Below are positions 37,166 through 50,335 of a DNA stretch of 64,000 nucleotides, piece by piece (the first letter of the stretch is position 1; every line of letters begins with the position of its first letter). Both the position numbers and the translations under genes were made by a program. The DNA is from Macrostomum lignano (Eukaryota). The stretch covers positions 1 to 64,000 of the forward strand of contig NIVC01000522.1 of the NCBI GenBank assembly GCA_002269645.1, written 5' to 3'. The notes beneath the pieces were generated by a model. That model was not told where the DNA came from, made no database searches, and was given only the letters and a program-made list of their open reading frames with translations.

Positions 37166-37209
37166 TAGCGCCGTTCGCGGTTTTTATCCGTTTTTTGTTA
37201 TTTTTTGGG

Positions 37210-37870
37210 TCCGTGTCTGAGGAGTGACTTTTGAGGTATTTGGGTGTTTCTGTTGAGTCAGTGTCTGAGGAGTGACTTGGGGTTTTGGGTCAGTGTCTGA
37301 GGAGTGACTGTTTGGGTCAGCGTCTGAGGAGTGACTGTTGAGGTTTTGGGTCAGTGTCTGAGGAGTGACTCTTGGGGTATTTGGTTCAGTGTCTGGGTAG
37401 TGACTGGGGGTTTTGAGTCAGTGTCTGAGGAGTGACTCGTGGGTATTTGAGTCAGTGTCTGAGGAGTGACTCTTGGGGTATTTGGTTCAGTGTCTGGGTA
37501 GTGACTGGGGGTTTTGAGTCAGTGTCTGAGGAGTGACTCGTGGGTATTTAAGTCAGTGTCTGAGTAGTGACTCATGTGTATTTGAGTCAGTGTCTGAGTA
37601 GTGACTCATGTGTATTTGAGTCAGTGTCTGAGGAGTGACTCTTGGGGTATTTGGTTCAGTGTCTGGGTAGTGACTGGGGGTTTTGAGTCAGTGTCTGAGG
37701 AGTGACTCGTGGGTATTTAAGTCAGTGTCTGAGTAGTGACTCATGTGTATTTGAGTCAGTGTCTGAGTAGTGACTCATGTGTATTTGAGTCAGTGTCTGA
37801 GGAGTGACTGGGGTATTTGGGTCAGTGTCTGAGGAGTGACTCATGGGTTTTTGAGTCAGTGTCTGAGGCT
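37210..37870. repeat. 32-35-bp minisatellite (PRMT1 intron 2)
   Basis: gagtcagtgtctgaggagtgactc(g/a)tg(g/t)gtattt and variants. Confidence 0.9.
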
Positions 37871-38204
37871 CGTAGAATTTTCAAGTCGGTGTCTCACTGC
37901 ATATTTTCGGCATTCATATGGTTTTTTCTGTTCATTTGGACTGACTGCCTTCTGAGCATTTTTAGGTCCTACCTGTCTATAAACGTGTTTATGTTGCGCT
38001 TATTTTTTGGGGGGAAAAATCTTGCCTAAAAAGGCGCGCACCTGCTTTTTTGAGTGTGTGAGTTTAAATATCGAAATCTTCTTTCAAGAGAAAAATAAAA
38101 TAATTGTATAGTCCTGAAAAATTGGCCGTTTATGTGCTGGATTTTTTGGAATTTAACATCTGCGTTTTTCTGGCTGTTTATTAGGGCTTGAAAGGTAGAT
38201 TTGG

Positions 38205-39145
38205 ATGCGAAATGGTAGACGCGGGAGCGGAAAGGTAGATGCGGGAGCGGAAAGGTAGATAAGGGAGCGGAAAGGTAGATGAGGGAACGGAAAGGTAGAT
38301 GAGGGAGCGAAAAGGTAGATGAGGGAGCGGAATGGTAGATGAGGGAGCGGAATGGTAGATGAGGGAGCGGAAAGGTAGATAAGGGAGCGGAAAGGTAGAC
38401 GCGGGAGCGGAAAGGTAGATGAGGGAGCGGAAAGGTAGATAAGCAAGCAGAATGGTAGATGAGGGAGCGGAAAGGTAGATAAGGGAGCGGAAAGGTAGAT
38501 ATAAGGGAGCGAAAAGGTAGATGAGGGAGCAGAATGGTAAATGAGGGAGCGGAAAGGTAGATAAGGGAGCGGAAAGGTAGATATAAGGGAGCGAAAAGGT
38601 AGATGAGGGAGCAGAATGGTAAATGAGGGAGCGGAAAGGTAGACGCGGGAGCAGAAAGGTAGATGCGGGAGCGGAAAGGTAGATAAGGGAGCCGAAAGGT
38701 AGATGAAGGAGCGAAAAGGTAGATGAGGGAGCGGAATGGTAGATGAGGGAGCGGAAAGGTAGATGAGCAAGCAGAATGGTAGATGAGGGAGGGGAATGGT
38801 AGATGAGGGAGCGGAAAGGTAGATAAGGGAGCGGAAAGGTAGATAAGGGAGCGAAAAGGTAGATGAGGGAGCGGAATGGTAGATAAGTGAGGGGAATGGT
38901 AGATAAGGGAGCGGAAAGGTAGATGAGGGAGCGGAATGGTAGATAAGTGAGGGGAATGGTAGATAAGGGAGCGGAAAGGTAGATGCGGGAGCGGAAAAGT
39001 AGATGAGCAAGCAGAATGGTAGATGAGGGAGGGGAATGGTAGATGAGGGAGGGGAATGGTAGATGAGGGAGCGGAATGGTAGATGAGGGAGGGGAATGGT
39101 AGATGAGGGAGCGGAATGGTAGATGAGGGAGGGGAATGGTAGATA
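38205..39145. repeat. 20-bp purine-rich minisatellite (PRMT1 intron 2)
   Basis: gatgagggagcggaaaggta repeated. Confidence 0.95.
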
Positions 39146-39561
39146 AATAAATGAGTCCTAAATTTCAATAGAAGATAATGAAGTAAAAATGCATACAAAA
39201 AAGTTAGGTAGATGATGATTTAGAAAAGTAAATAATGAGTAGTAAAGGTAAATACTGGCGTGAGGGCAGATGCTAATGCATTTGCAGTGTTGGTGGGAAG
39301 TTTAGAAGACACTCGTAGCTCAGGCGGGTCGGCAGAACTTTTTTGGATAAAGGAGAGACGCGAGGAGAGGAGAAAAAAGAAGAACTGAGAAGAGACATTA
39401 ACTATTGTAAAGTTTCAAAAGACCCAACAAGGCCCGGATCGAGAGACTGTCGACTGGATGGGAGAAAGCCAAACTAGATTTCAGTTTACTGCTGTGTGCT
39501 AAAAATAGCAACTTGGCGGCTGGCACTAATAAATCGGACTCGTAATGCCAGTAGAGGGCAG

Positions 39562-39633
39562 AGCAGAGTGGCGCAGTGGAAGCGTGCTGGGCCCATAACC
39601 CAGAGGTCCGTGGATCGAAACCACGCTCTGCTA
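39562..39633 (+). tRNA. Initiator tRNA-Met (CAT)
   Basis: AGCAGAGTGGCGCAGTGGAAGCGTGCTGGGCCCATAACCCAGAGGTCCGTGGATCGAAACCACGCTCTGCTA, 72 nt. A1-U72 pair, GGG/CCC anticodon stem, GATCGAAA T-arm; T6 terminator at ~39638. Confidence 0.97.
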
Positions 39634-40152
39634 AAGATTTTTTGGAACGAAATTTTTTTGTCAATAAGATTTTTTAAGAAACAAAGAATAAACGTTTTCC
39701 AACCATATTATATCTTTCATAGATTTTAATACTTTGTGTCATTTTCTTTAACTGAACTGAACTACCAAAAACGAAATTCAAAAAAAGTTTTTTTTCGATA
39801 CATATCGGCAAAATATCGTTTCTTAAGACGAAGAAAAGCGTCTAGTTATAAAATAACAGCTTATTTTTATTTTATTTTGTAAAAAACTCTTCCTTTTTTA
39901 TTCTTTGCATTTAGAAAGCTCCATATATAATGGAATTTCAACAGTGATTTAAATGTTTTCGATACATATCGGCAAAATTCATAAATTATCTTGTGCTGAC
40001 TAGCGACAACACAAAATGTATTTAATACAAAAGGTTTTATTTCTTACAAGCTAAGTTATGTTTTTTGATTTCTATCGTTTCCTATTTTTTTATAATATGT
40101 GTGATGTATAACATAAACTATACATTACATTACTTCCCATTGTCTTCTCCAG

Positions 40153-40286
40153 GCCCAGATAGCCGCTACACGCATTGGAAGCAGACGGTTTTCTACGTCG
40201 ACGCCGGCGGCGACGAATACCTGACGGTGATGAAAGGCGAGGAAATCTCCGGCACTTTCACCATCAAGCCGAACGATAAAAATAAG
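40153..40286 (+). CDS. PRMT1: PRMT1 coding exon 3
   Basis: CTCCAG|(S)PDSRYTHWKQTVFY...TFTIKPNDKNK|GTAAAT; contains the THW loop. Confidence 0.95.
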
Positions 40287-40402
40287 GTAAATTTGTTGTT
40301 TTTTCAAGTTTGACTATTTTTAAGCTACTTTTAGTAAAAAGTTCGAATTTTGCAACTTTTTTTGAAACATAAACGTTAAAAGTGTGCTTAAATGTATTAC
40401 AG

Positions 40403-40486
40403 CGCGATCTGGACATGCAAATCAGCGTGAAATTCAACGGTCAACTGTCGCGCATGGACGAGACCTACTGCTACAGGATGCGCTGA
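40403..40486 (+). CDS. PRMT1: PRMT1 last coding exon
   Basis: TTACAG|RDLDMQISVKFNGQLSRMDETYCYRMR*; AATAAA at ~40563 and ~40703. Confidence 0.93.
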   Translation, partial: RDLDMQISVKFNGQLSRMDETYCYRMR

Positions 40487-41239
40487 TTATTGCTGACCTT
40501 TTGGCCAGTAACATCGATTGCGCTTCGCTTGTCAAGCCCGAGCACGTGTTTCTTTTTCTACTAATAAACATTTATTTTTCCTAAACCAACCCCATCCGAC
40601 ATTTACGCGTCTCCGGTTATTGTTGCTAAACATTTTTCTCCATTGCCTCGTTCTCTTCTGCCCCTCTCTCGGTCCTCGCTGTCGCTGCATTTTTATTATT
40701 AAAATAAAGAATCAACAACTTTTTGCGCGCGCGCGTTACCGCTCCGTTACTGGTTTGTTATATTTTTAAAAAAGTTAATCGTCATTTGTCCAGCTCCCTG
40801 CTGCTTGCGTCAACTCTGTTTGTCGTAGGAAAGGAAAAGCAAGAAATCTTCTGCTCGCGCCATAAGTGGTCAAAGCCAAGCGGCCAGGCAGGTGGCGTCT
40901 TGATGTTGGCCGTTTTTTTGTCTAAAAGATGAAGCCAGAAAGCAAATACAACAGATTGCGAGAGAGTAATTTGACTATCTCCGTGTTGCAGCTGCAGCTG
41001 CTTTGGCATCTGGGCCTCCCCCTTCCCAGATGGCCTTGCCGTGAAAAAAAAACGAATATTGAGGCAAAATTGCGCAATCCTAAATTTCTGACTTCTTATT
41101 TTCTGGCCTTTTGTCTGTGGCGCCTGAATTGCAGCATTGCGTCTTTGAGGAAGGCAAAGCTATTCGCTTACAGAGAGATGGCAGCTGGAGGCACCTGCAC
41201 GGCCTGCATAATCGCGCTGGGATTGAACCGCCCACCCAA

Positions 41240-41880
41240 ATCCAAGGACTGGCCTTCCAATTCAAGAGCTCTTTCCAATGCATGGACTGTCCCTCCAATC
41301 CAAGGAATTTTTCTTCCTTGAAAACATGGACTACCTTTCCAATCCAAGGGCTCTTTCCAATACATCGACTGTCTTTCTAACCTATGGACTGTGTTTCCGA
41401 TCCAAGCACTTTCTAATACATGGACCACCTTTCTAATCATATGGCTCTTTCTAATAGATGGACTGTCCTTCCGATCTAAGGACTATCTTTCCAATTCATG
41501 GACTGTCCTTTTAATCCATGGACTATTTCCGATCTATGTGCGGACTCTTTCCAACTCAAGGGCACTTTCCAATACATAGACTGTATTTCTAACCCATAGA
41601 CTGTCCTTCCGATCCAAGGACTCTTTCCAATCTAAGGAATTTTTCTAATACATGGACTACCTTTCCAATTATATGGCTCTTTTTCTAATAAATTGACTGT
41701 ATGTCCGATCCAAGGACTATCTTTCCTATCCATAGACTCCTTATAATCCATGGACTATTTCCGATCTGTGTGGATTCTTTCCAATACATAGACTGTCTTT
41801 CTAACCTATGGACTGTCTTTCGATCCAAGGACTATCTTTCCAATCCATGGGCTGTCCTTCCAAGCCATGGACTGTTAGTT
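41240..41880. repeat. Diverged 20-bp satellite (ggactgtccttccaatccat-type), inverted relative to 44462-45352
   Basis: Repeated degenerate units such as catggactgtccctccaatc and ccaaggactatctttccaatc. Confidence 0.75.
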
Positions 41881-42586
41881 CTATCCTTGAACGGGTAGTC
41901 TAATCCTAGGACCGTCGCAAGAACTGTCTGTCCAATCCAGTCGAATGCTCAATCCATGGAATTGGAATTAGCAGTTCCAAGTACATGTATCAAACAATGT
42001 TTTCAATTAGCTGTTCTCAAATTAAGATTTTTCACAGCAAATTGGCAGTTCAGTTGAACCCATAGACACTGCGTTCTGCAGCTGATGGAACCTATATTGT
42101 CCCGAAAGCAGAGTTAAAATGGTTTGTTTGAAGCCCTCATCGCTCTACTAAGTGTGCCTCGAATAACTCGATCCCCTGGAGACAGAGACCTAAAACGAGA
42201 CGGAGACAGACAGACAAAAGAGACAATTGCTGCAAAACTCGACGATAGCAATTTACGTGCTGCTCGATTCGATAGGAGAGATCGAGTTGCGGATCAAGAG
42301 AATTAGCTATTGGATCGGGTCTCAGCCAATAGCAGCGCAGAGTACCGGTGCAGTGACTCAAGCATGAGGCAGCCAATACTGCGTCAGGTGAGCTCTCGAA
42401 TGTGTTTGTTTCGGCCCGCGTATTTAAGCATTTGCGACTGTATCGCCGGACGGCCGTATTAGAAATTGGCAACAGTTTCCTTGCAACTAAAATCTCGCTA
42501 AACACTGAGCTAATTGTAATGCAAGACAGCCACTGCATGCTGCTGCAGGCCCAGCAACAGCAGGAAGCAGCTACGGAAGATGACGA

Positions 42587-43547
42587 ATGCGTCCAGTTGC
42601 TATGGAGCAGCAATCAGCGACTGTCGATCTCGGCCGTGGAGAATGTCGATCCAACGACCGTCGCGTCGTCGGCACCAGCGGAAAAGGTTGTCGGGAGGGT
42701 GACGGCGGCAGCAGCGGCAGAGCGGTGGACCTGCCCTCTGTCCGGAAGCGCCGCAAGGCGGAGGTGCTGTTGAGCAGCCTGAAGACGTTCAGCCAATCCG
42801 ACCCGAAGTCCAATGTCAGCAGGTCATCGTCAGACTTCAACTGCGCTGACGTCATCGCGAGCCAGAGTCCGGCGACGACTGTAACGTCGACCGCAGCTCA
42901 GCGCCTGAACAACCAGACGGCCTGGGTGACTGCCAGCATGCAGCAGGCCAGCAACCTGCCAGCTGGTGTGGCCGCGGTTAGAATTATCCGCAACAACTTG
43001 TCCGCCACCAGCTGCAGTCACCACCAGCAGCAGCAGCAGCAGGTGCACTTCGTTAGCGGCACTCCCATTGTGCTTGCTTCTGCCGTGACCACAGCACCGT
43101 CGGTTGCTGCCACCACAGCCTCCACAGTGGCCCAGCACCTTCGGCGCCACCATCAAGCCGGATGCTCAACGTGCCGCGGATTTCACGCTCTGCCAGCCCA
43201 GCTGCAGCACCGGCCTCACGCGATGGCGTACATCTCCAGGACCAGCGGCTCGGCCTACCATCTGCTGAGCAACCCCGTCAGCCTGGACCTCAGCCAGTCG
43301 GCCATGGACAAAGGCGTCCGGGCTGAGGTGGCCTTTACTGGGTCGAACGAGCCGGCAACCTCGGCTGCTGCTGCCGCGGCTGCCGCCACGGCTGCACACC
43401 TGGCTCGCTATCAGCAGAGTGTGAAGCAGCAACTGCAGCAGCAGCAGCCATTTGTGCAGGTTCAGAACCCGCTGTGCGTTCCAAGACACTCGGACTATCT
43501 GGCGTCCTGGCGGACCTGCATGGTGCCCATTGTTGATCTCGAGCAGT
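42587..43547 (+). CDS. CCR4/CNOT6-like deadenylase, coding exon 1 (low-complexity N-terminus)
   Basis: Long GC-rich ORF preceded by an in-frame stop (42581). RKRRK, poly-Q and poly-A runs. Donor CAG T|GTGAGT is phase 1, matching the next exon. Six-exon CDS totals 2157 nt (718 aa). The link to the downstream exons is inferred from phase and position only. Confidence 0.65.
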
Positions 43548-43664
43548 GTGAGTTTCTTCTGGAGATTCTCATTTTTTATTTATTCACTCTCCTGTGCGAC
43601 GTAAAGACTGCGAGAGTGATAGCAGGAAAAGAGATAAACTGAGAGCGCTACAAATGGATACGAG

Positions 43665-44110
43665 AAAGAATGGAGATAGAGAGATAGAACAGAAGAGATA
43701 GAACAGAGAAGAGATAGAACGGAGAAGAGATATAACAGAAGAGATATAACAGAAGAGATAGAACAGAGAAGAGATAGAACAGAGAGATAGAACAGAGAAG
43801 AGATAGAACAGAGAAGAGATATAACAGAAGAGATAGAACGGAGAAGAGATAGAACAGAGAAGAGATATAACAGAAGAGATAGAACGGAGAAGAGATAGAA
43901 CAGAGAAGAGATATAACAGAAGAGATAGAACGGAGAAGAGATAGAACAGAGAAGAGATATAACAGAAGAGATAGAACGGAGAAGAGATAGAACAGAGAAG
44001 AGATATAACAGAAGAGATAGAACGGAGAAGAGATAGAACGGAGAAGAGATAGAACAGAGAAGAGATAGAACGGAGAAGAGATAGAACAGAGAAGAGATAG
44101 AACAGAGAAG
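43665..44110. repeat. GA-rich 14/16-bp minisatellite
   Basis: gatagaacagagaaga / gatataacagaaga units. Confidence 0.9.
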
Positions 44111-44461
44111 GGAGTCAAGAGAACCAAGAAAGAAGCAGAAGTTCTTGAGGAAACAACAATGCGGTTATGAAAATAAGAAGCGAGAAAAATATTTTCTAGA
44201 ACTGGACAGCCAGCGATCTGGGTTAAGACTGCAACGGGGAAGCGCGCGGTCACAACAGGAAGTGGAACCGATTCCTGCCACAATACCCCACTCAGGGCTG
44301 GCAGTTAACTGTAAATTGATCAAATCGAACGTGTGCACTTCTATACTGTACGAGAGGACGGCGGTCCCACGATCTGTGCGATTTGCCAAATGTTTATCGC
44401 TTTGTCCTCACCGGGTACACAGCGTGGGCTGGGGTCCTTGTATTGGACTAACAGTCTTTGG

Positions 44462-45352
44462 GCTGGAAAGACAGTCCATGATTTAGAAGGACAGTCCTTG
44501 GATTGGAAGGACAGTCCATGGATTGGAAGGACAGTCCTTGGATTGGAAGGACAGTCCTTGGATTGGAAGGACAGTCCTTGGATTGGAAGGACAGTCCATG
44601 GATTGGAAGGACAGTCCATGGATTGGAAGGACAGTCCTTGGATTGGAAGGACAGTCCATGGATTGGAAGGACAGTCCATGGATTGGAAGGACAGTCCTTG
44701 GATTGGAAGGACAGTCCTTGGATTGGAAGGACAGTCCTTGGATTGGAAGGACAGTCCTTGGATTGGAAGGACAGTCCATGGTTTAGAAGGACAGTCCTTG
44801 GATTGGAAGGACAGTCCATGGATTGGAAGGACAGTCCTTGGATTGGAAGGACAGTCCATGGTTTTGAAGGACAGTCCATGGTTTTGAAGGACAGTCCATG
44901 GATTGGAAGGACAGTCCTTGGATTGGAAGGACAGTCCTTGGATTGGAAGGACAGTCCATGGTTTTGAAGGACAGTCCATGGATTGGAAGGACAGTCCTTG
45001 GATTGGAAGGACAGTCCTTGGATTGGAAGGACAGTCCTTGGATTGGAAGGACAGTCCATGGTTTTGAAGGACAGTCCATGGATTGGAAGGACAGTCCTTG
45101 GATTGGAAGGACAGTCCTTGGATTGGAAGGACAGTCCATGGTTTTGAAGGACAGTCCATGGATTGGAAGGACAGTCCTTGGATTGGAAGGACAGTCCTTG
45201 GATTGGAAGGACAGTCCTTGGATTGGAAGGACAGTCCATGGTTTTGAAGGACAGTCCATGGATTGGAAGGACAGTCCTTGGATTGGAAGGACAGTCCTTG
45301 GATTGGAAGGACAGTCCTTGGATTGGAAGGACAGTTCTTGGATTGGAAGGAC
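44462..45352. repeat. Homogeneous 20-bp satellite
   Basis: gattggaaggacagtcc(t/a)tg, about 44 units. Confidence 0.96.
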
Positions 45353-45720
45353 AAAGGAGCTTGATACAAATCCTTATTCAAATGGGTCAAATAGAGGTGG
45401 CAAAATGTAAAAAGTAGGGCGGAAAAAACTTTTTGAGTATCAGATTTCGTTTCGATTCGAGTCTGTTTGAGTATTGAACACACGTGCTTGATAAGTATAT
45501 ATGTTGTCCATCTGAGTAAAAGAGATTAGGGAAATTAGAGACGTGAAAGATCCCTGAAAAGTAATCTGCTTTGATGGGGCATTGAAATGATGGGACTTCT
45601 GCTTGATGCTGCTGGCGGTCTGAGTAGTTTTTTTTCGACAAACAAGCGTGTCGTTATGGGAAAGCTTATATTTACTAATGCTCCTGGCATTCTGCATAGC
45701 TGCCCCATCAACCTGGGTAG

Positions 45721-46070
45721 GACTCTGTTTAGCACTCTTACTTTTAACTCTGCTCATCACCCTATTATCACTCTATGAATCACTCTATTTGTCATCCAGT
45801 AGTCACTCTGTTTAGCACTCTTACTTTTCACTCTGCTCATCACCCTATTATCACTCTATGAATCACTCTATTTGTCATCCAGTAGTCACTCTGTTTAGCA
45901 CTCTTACTTTTCACTCTGCTCATCACCCTATTATCACTCTATGAATCACTATTTGTCATCCAGTAGTCACTCTGTTTAGCATGCTATTTTTAGCACTCTG
46001 TTTAGCACTCCATTTGTCACTCTGTCTTTCACTCTATTTGTCACCCTGTTTAGCATTCAATTTGTCACAC
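45721..46070. repeat. 83-bp tandem repeat (3 units + degenerate tail)
   Basis: actctgtttagcactcttac... at 45722, 45805, 45888. Confidence 0.9.
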
Positions 46071-46188
46071 TATATGAACGCTCTTATACTATAACAAAAC
46101 AATAAATTTTCGGCCATGGCATGCCGGGCATGCTTATTATTTTTAGGCTTTTGATGACTGCTCCCTAGCCAGGGGCGGACGCTAAGCT

Positions 46189-46190
<2 letters not shown>

Positions 46191-46231
<41 letters not shown>
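46191..46231. repeat. (CT)n microsatellite
   Basis: About 20 uninterrupted CT units. Confidence 0.95.
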
Positions 46232-46235
<4 letters not shown>

Positions 46236-46814
46236 TGCCTCTGTCCGACTCTTGCTGCAGCTTATAAAACCACGTGACAATTTTTCAACTCTTTCCTGTG
46301 TAACTCCTCGAAAGCAGCGCGCGGAAGCATTTCCTACACTATATAGTAAGTTTAGGGCAGCGCAATGGCTTAGTTTGAAACAACAGGAATTGAGACTTGT
46401 TTGGCTTTTTGTTGCTTTCCAAGAGTCTTGGCCAGGTTGCCCTGGGGTAGCGGAGGGGAGACGAAATGCTTGAAATTCTTTCTGTAACACTATTGCTTTT
46501 AGTAGGGGTTGTGGAAGAGCTTCTATTTCTATTTTCTTTACTTGACTACTCAAAAGACAACCCCTCTGCTTCAGCTCGACTATCTGAAAGACTTCGCCAG
46601 TTTTGGATTCTTCATTTTCAATCCATAAATCGCATTTCAATGGACTGGTCTGGAGTGCCCTGGATTGCTGGCACAATGAAACTGCACCCGCGACTCCCAT
46701 GAGGCTCCCGGCAGGCTGGGGTCAGTGCGGCAGTCCGTCACGTGTTGTCTGGTGGCATTGCGGCTTTCTGGTTGTTGTGCTTGTGATCTCTCACTTAATC
46801 TCGAGTGCCTGTGC

Positions 46815-47200
46815 TAGGGAGAGATTAGATGCGGCAGGTAGAGACAGGGGAGAGATTAGATGCGGCAGGTAGAGACAGGGGAGAGATTAGATGCGGCAGG
46901 TAGAGACAGGGGAGAGATTACAAGCGGCAGGTAGAGACAGGGGAGAGATTAGATGCGGCAGGTAGAGACAGGGGAGAGATTAGATGCGGCAGGTAGAGAC
47001 AGGGCAGAGATTAGACATTGGAGTAGAGACAGAGGGGAGAGGTTAGAGATTGGAGTGGAGACAGAGGGGAGAGGTTAGAGATGTGATTAGAGATAGAGGG
47101 GAGAGGTTAGATGTGAGAGATTGGTTGTGGGAACTGGAGACAGAGGGGAGAGATTAGATGTGGGAACTAGAGACCTATAGAGAAAAGCAGAGATTAGATG
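46815..47200. repeat. 31-bp minisatellite, decaying rightwards
   Basis: gagattagatgcggcaggtagagacagggga at 46821, 46852, 46883... Confidence 0.88.
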
Positions 47201-47734
47201 GAGTGGAAGGAGAGTAAGACACACATGCCAGCTTATAGAAGTATAGTTCCCTGGGTTGAGCGCACTGCAGAGTAGGCCCAGAAGCTCAGTGAGTAGCCAT
47301 TTGTCTTATCTCATGCCGTTCTGCAGCACCCGCGCCCCTCCCAAGCTTTGGAGTCCCATGCGCGGTTCTCAAAACGGCAAGTTGCCGCAGTGGCCCATAA
47401 AAGTCAAGTCTGATAAGGAATTTGAGTTGCAACGCTACTTTTTCTCAAACTGAATGCACCGCGCTATGTTTAAACCGTAAAAAATTGCCCTCGAACTGCT
47501 CTGCTCTGGGGGGGGGGGGCGCTTTTCCGTGACAGCATGCATATTTCCTCAGAGCTTGCTGTTTGCTAGTAAATCAGTTTGTAGTAACTACTTTCTTGAA
47601 ACATTGACTCCGAATTCAATGTTGGCCACAGTAGGGAAAAATTTCTCGTTTCGATTTATGACTAAATTGAAGCCAGACCTCTATGACCAGTTTGCAGAGT
47701 CAACCCACTATGACCAGATTAAATCCTCGATAAC

Positions 47735-48940
47735 CAGATGAAAGCTACCCCTCTATGACCAGATGGAAGCTAAGCCTCTATGACCAGATGGAAGCTACCC
47801 CTCTATGACCAGATGGAAGCTACCCCTCTATGACCAGATGGAAGCTACCCCTCTATGACCAGATGGAAGCTAACCCTCTATAACCAGATGGAAGCTAACC
47901 CTCTATCACTAGATGGAAGCTAAGCCTATATGACAAGATGGAAGCTACCCCTCTATGACCAGATGGAAGCTACCCCTCTATGACCAGATGGAAGCTACCC
48001 CTCTATGACCAGATGGAAGCTAACCCTCTATAACCAGATGGAAGTTACCCCTCTATGACCAGATGGAAGCTAACCCTCTATAACCAGATGGAAGCTACCC
48101 CTCTATGACCAGATGGAAGCTAACCCTCTATAACCAAATGGAAGCTAACCCTCTATAACCAAATGGAAGCTAACCCTCTATAACCAGATGGAAGCTAACC
48201 CTCTATCACTAGATGGAAGCTAAGCCTATATGACAAGATGGAAGCTACCCCTCTATGACCAGATGGAAGCTACCCCTCTATGACCAGATGGAAGCTACCC
48301 CTCTATAACCAGATGGAAGCTAACCCTCTATAACCAGATGGAAGCTACCCCTCTATGACCAGATGGAAGCTAACCCTCTATAACCAGATGGAAGCTACCC
48401 CTCTATGACCAGATGGAAGCTAACCCTCTATAACCAAATGGAAGCTAACCCTCTATAACCAAATGGAAGCTACCCCTCTATAACCAGATGGAAGCTAACC
48501 CTCTATCACTAGATGGAAGCTAAGCCTATATGACAAGATGGAAGCTACCCCTCTATGACCAGATGGAAGCTACCCCTCTATGACCAGATGGAAGCTACCC
48601 CTCTATGACCAGATGGAAGCTAACCCTCTATAACCAGATGGAAGCTACCCCTCTATGACCAGATGGAAGCTAACCCTCTATGACCAGATGGAAGCTAACC
48701 CTCTATGACCAGATGGAAGCTAACCCTCTATAACCAGATGGAAGCTTACCCTCTATGACTAGATGAAAGCTAAGCCTCTATGACCATAAGATGGAAGCTA
48801 ACCCTCTATAACCAAATGGAAGCTAACCCTCTATAACCAAATGGAAGCTAACCCTCTATAACCAAATGGAAGCTAACCCTCTATCACCAAATGGAAGCTA
48901 ACCCTCTATAACCAAATGGAAGCTAACCCTTTATGACCAG
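47735..48940. repeat. 25-bp minisatellite
   Basis: agatggaagcta(a/c)ccctctat(g/a)acc, about 48 units with higher-order blocks. Confidence 0.95.
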
Positions 48941-49386
48941 GCAGTGACCAGCCCTCAATACTATGCTATGAATAGACTTAAAAGCAGACTAACTTTCTAC
49001 TAAAGCAGATTTATACGATTCCAAAACTCCCCAATACAGCAGCAGTCTAATCCAATATTTTCTTGTTATTATGTATGTTTAATCCGATTTCGTGTACTTT
49101 TACAAAATCGCGCCAAACACGCAATCTGCCGCCAGTTCAGCTCAGCTAAATTCAAATCCAGGCCGCTACACGGCAACCTGAACTCGGTGATTTGTAGCTC
49201 TGCTGTTTGGTGCTTTCATTGAGCACAATGATCGCCGCACCATGGTCTGAATCTGAGCGCCGCAATTCAAATAAACAAAACTATAGGCTTTGGGTGTGAG
49301 GGGTGATACTCTGGATGTCAGACTAATATTATGCGCCAGGGAAAATATTGTTGCTACAAGGTTGCACTGAACAAACTCTGTTTCAG

Positions 49387-49610
49387 TCGCCCAGATGAAG
49401 CCGCCCTGTCCGAAATGGCGCCATCTGGCCAGCAAAAGCGCCAGCAGCGTCCTTCTGTTCACCTTGATGTGCTACAACATCCTCAGCGATCAGTACGCCT
49501 CGTCCAAGAGCTACTGGTACTGCCCGCCCTGGGCCCTGGCCTGGTCTTTCAGGCGCCAAGGTATTCTGGAGAACATCAGCGCTCAGCTGCCCACCGTTGT
49601 CTGCCTGCAG
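49387..49610 (+). CDS. CCR4/CNOT6-like deadenylase, coding exon 2 (start of EEP domain)
   Basis: TTTCAG|...FTLMCYNILSDQYASSKSYWYCPPWALAWSFRRQGIL...VVCLQ|GTGAAA; homologous to CNOT6 FTVMCYNVL...YCPSWALNW. Confidence 0.92.
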
Positions 49611-49714
49611 GTGAAAATTGCGCTCACGATATGGTATATCACGTGAATTTGACGCTCAAGCACCCGCCTCACTCCGCTCACCAGCCGCTCCTCTGTAGCC
49701 TGATAATAAATAGA

Positions 49715-50335
49715 GCACGTGATACTAACAATCAAGCTCCCACCTCACTCCACTCGCCTGCCACAGGGCTTTAGCCTGATAGTAAATAAATCACGTGACT
49801 TTAACTATTTAACACCTACCTCACTCCGCTCGCCTTCCGCAGGGCTGTAGCCTAATAAGAAATAAATCACGTGACTTTAACTATTTAACACCTACCTCAC
49901 TCCGCTCGCCTTCCGCAGGGCTGTAGCCTAATAAGAAATAAATCACGTGACTTTAACTATTTAACACCCACCTCACTCCGCTCGCCTGCCGCAGGGCTGT
50001 AGCCTGATAGTAAATAAATCACGTGACTTTAACTATTTAACACTCACCTCACTCCGCTCGCCTGCCGCAGGGCTGTAGCCTGATAGTAAATAAATCACGT
50101 GACTTTAACTATTTAACACCTACCTCACTCCGCTCGCCTGCCGCAGGGCTGTAGCCTGATAGTAAATAAATCACGTGACTTTAACTATTTAACACCCACC
50201 TCACTCCGCTCGCCTGCCGCAGGGCTGTAGCCTGATAGTAAATAAATCACGTGACTTTAACTATTTAACACCCACCTCACTCCGCTCGCCTGCCGCAGGG
50301 CTGTAGCCTGATAAATGATTCACTTGACTTTAAAA
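49715..50335. repeat. 76-bp tandem repeat, each unit containing TCACGTGA
   Basis: TCACGTGA at 49791, 49867, 49943, 50019, 50095, 50171, 50247. Confidence 0.95.

Noticed and set aside
38026-39198. Long ORFs of 285-390 aa (LPHLPFRSLIY repeats)
   Set aside because: Translation of a stop-poor 20-bp satellite in a PRMT1 intron.
44333-45483. Multiple long overlapping ORFs on both strands
   Set aside because: Artefacts of the 20-bp satellite.
46182-47460. Candidate extra exons, including LRR-coding ones, in the long CCR4-like intron
   Set aside because: No LxxLxLxxN pattern or convincing in-phase splice pair in the listed ORFs; very short exons cannot be excluded by eye.
49715-50335. CRISPR-like array (regular repeats with a palindromic core)
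   Set aside because: Units are head-to-tail with no unique spacers, there are no cas genes, and the context is a eukaryotic intron. The same applies to all other arrays here.
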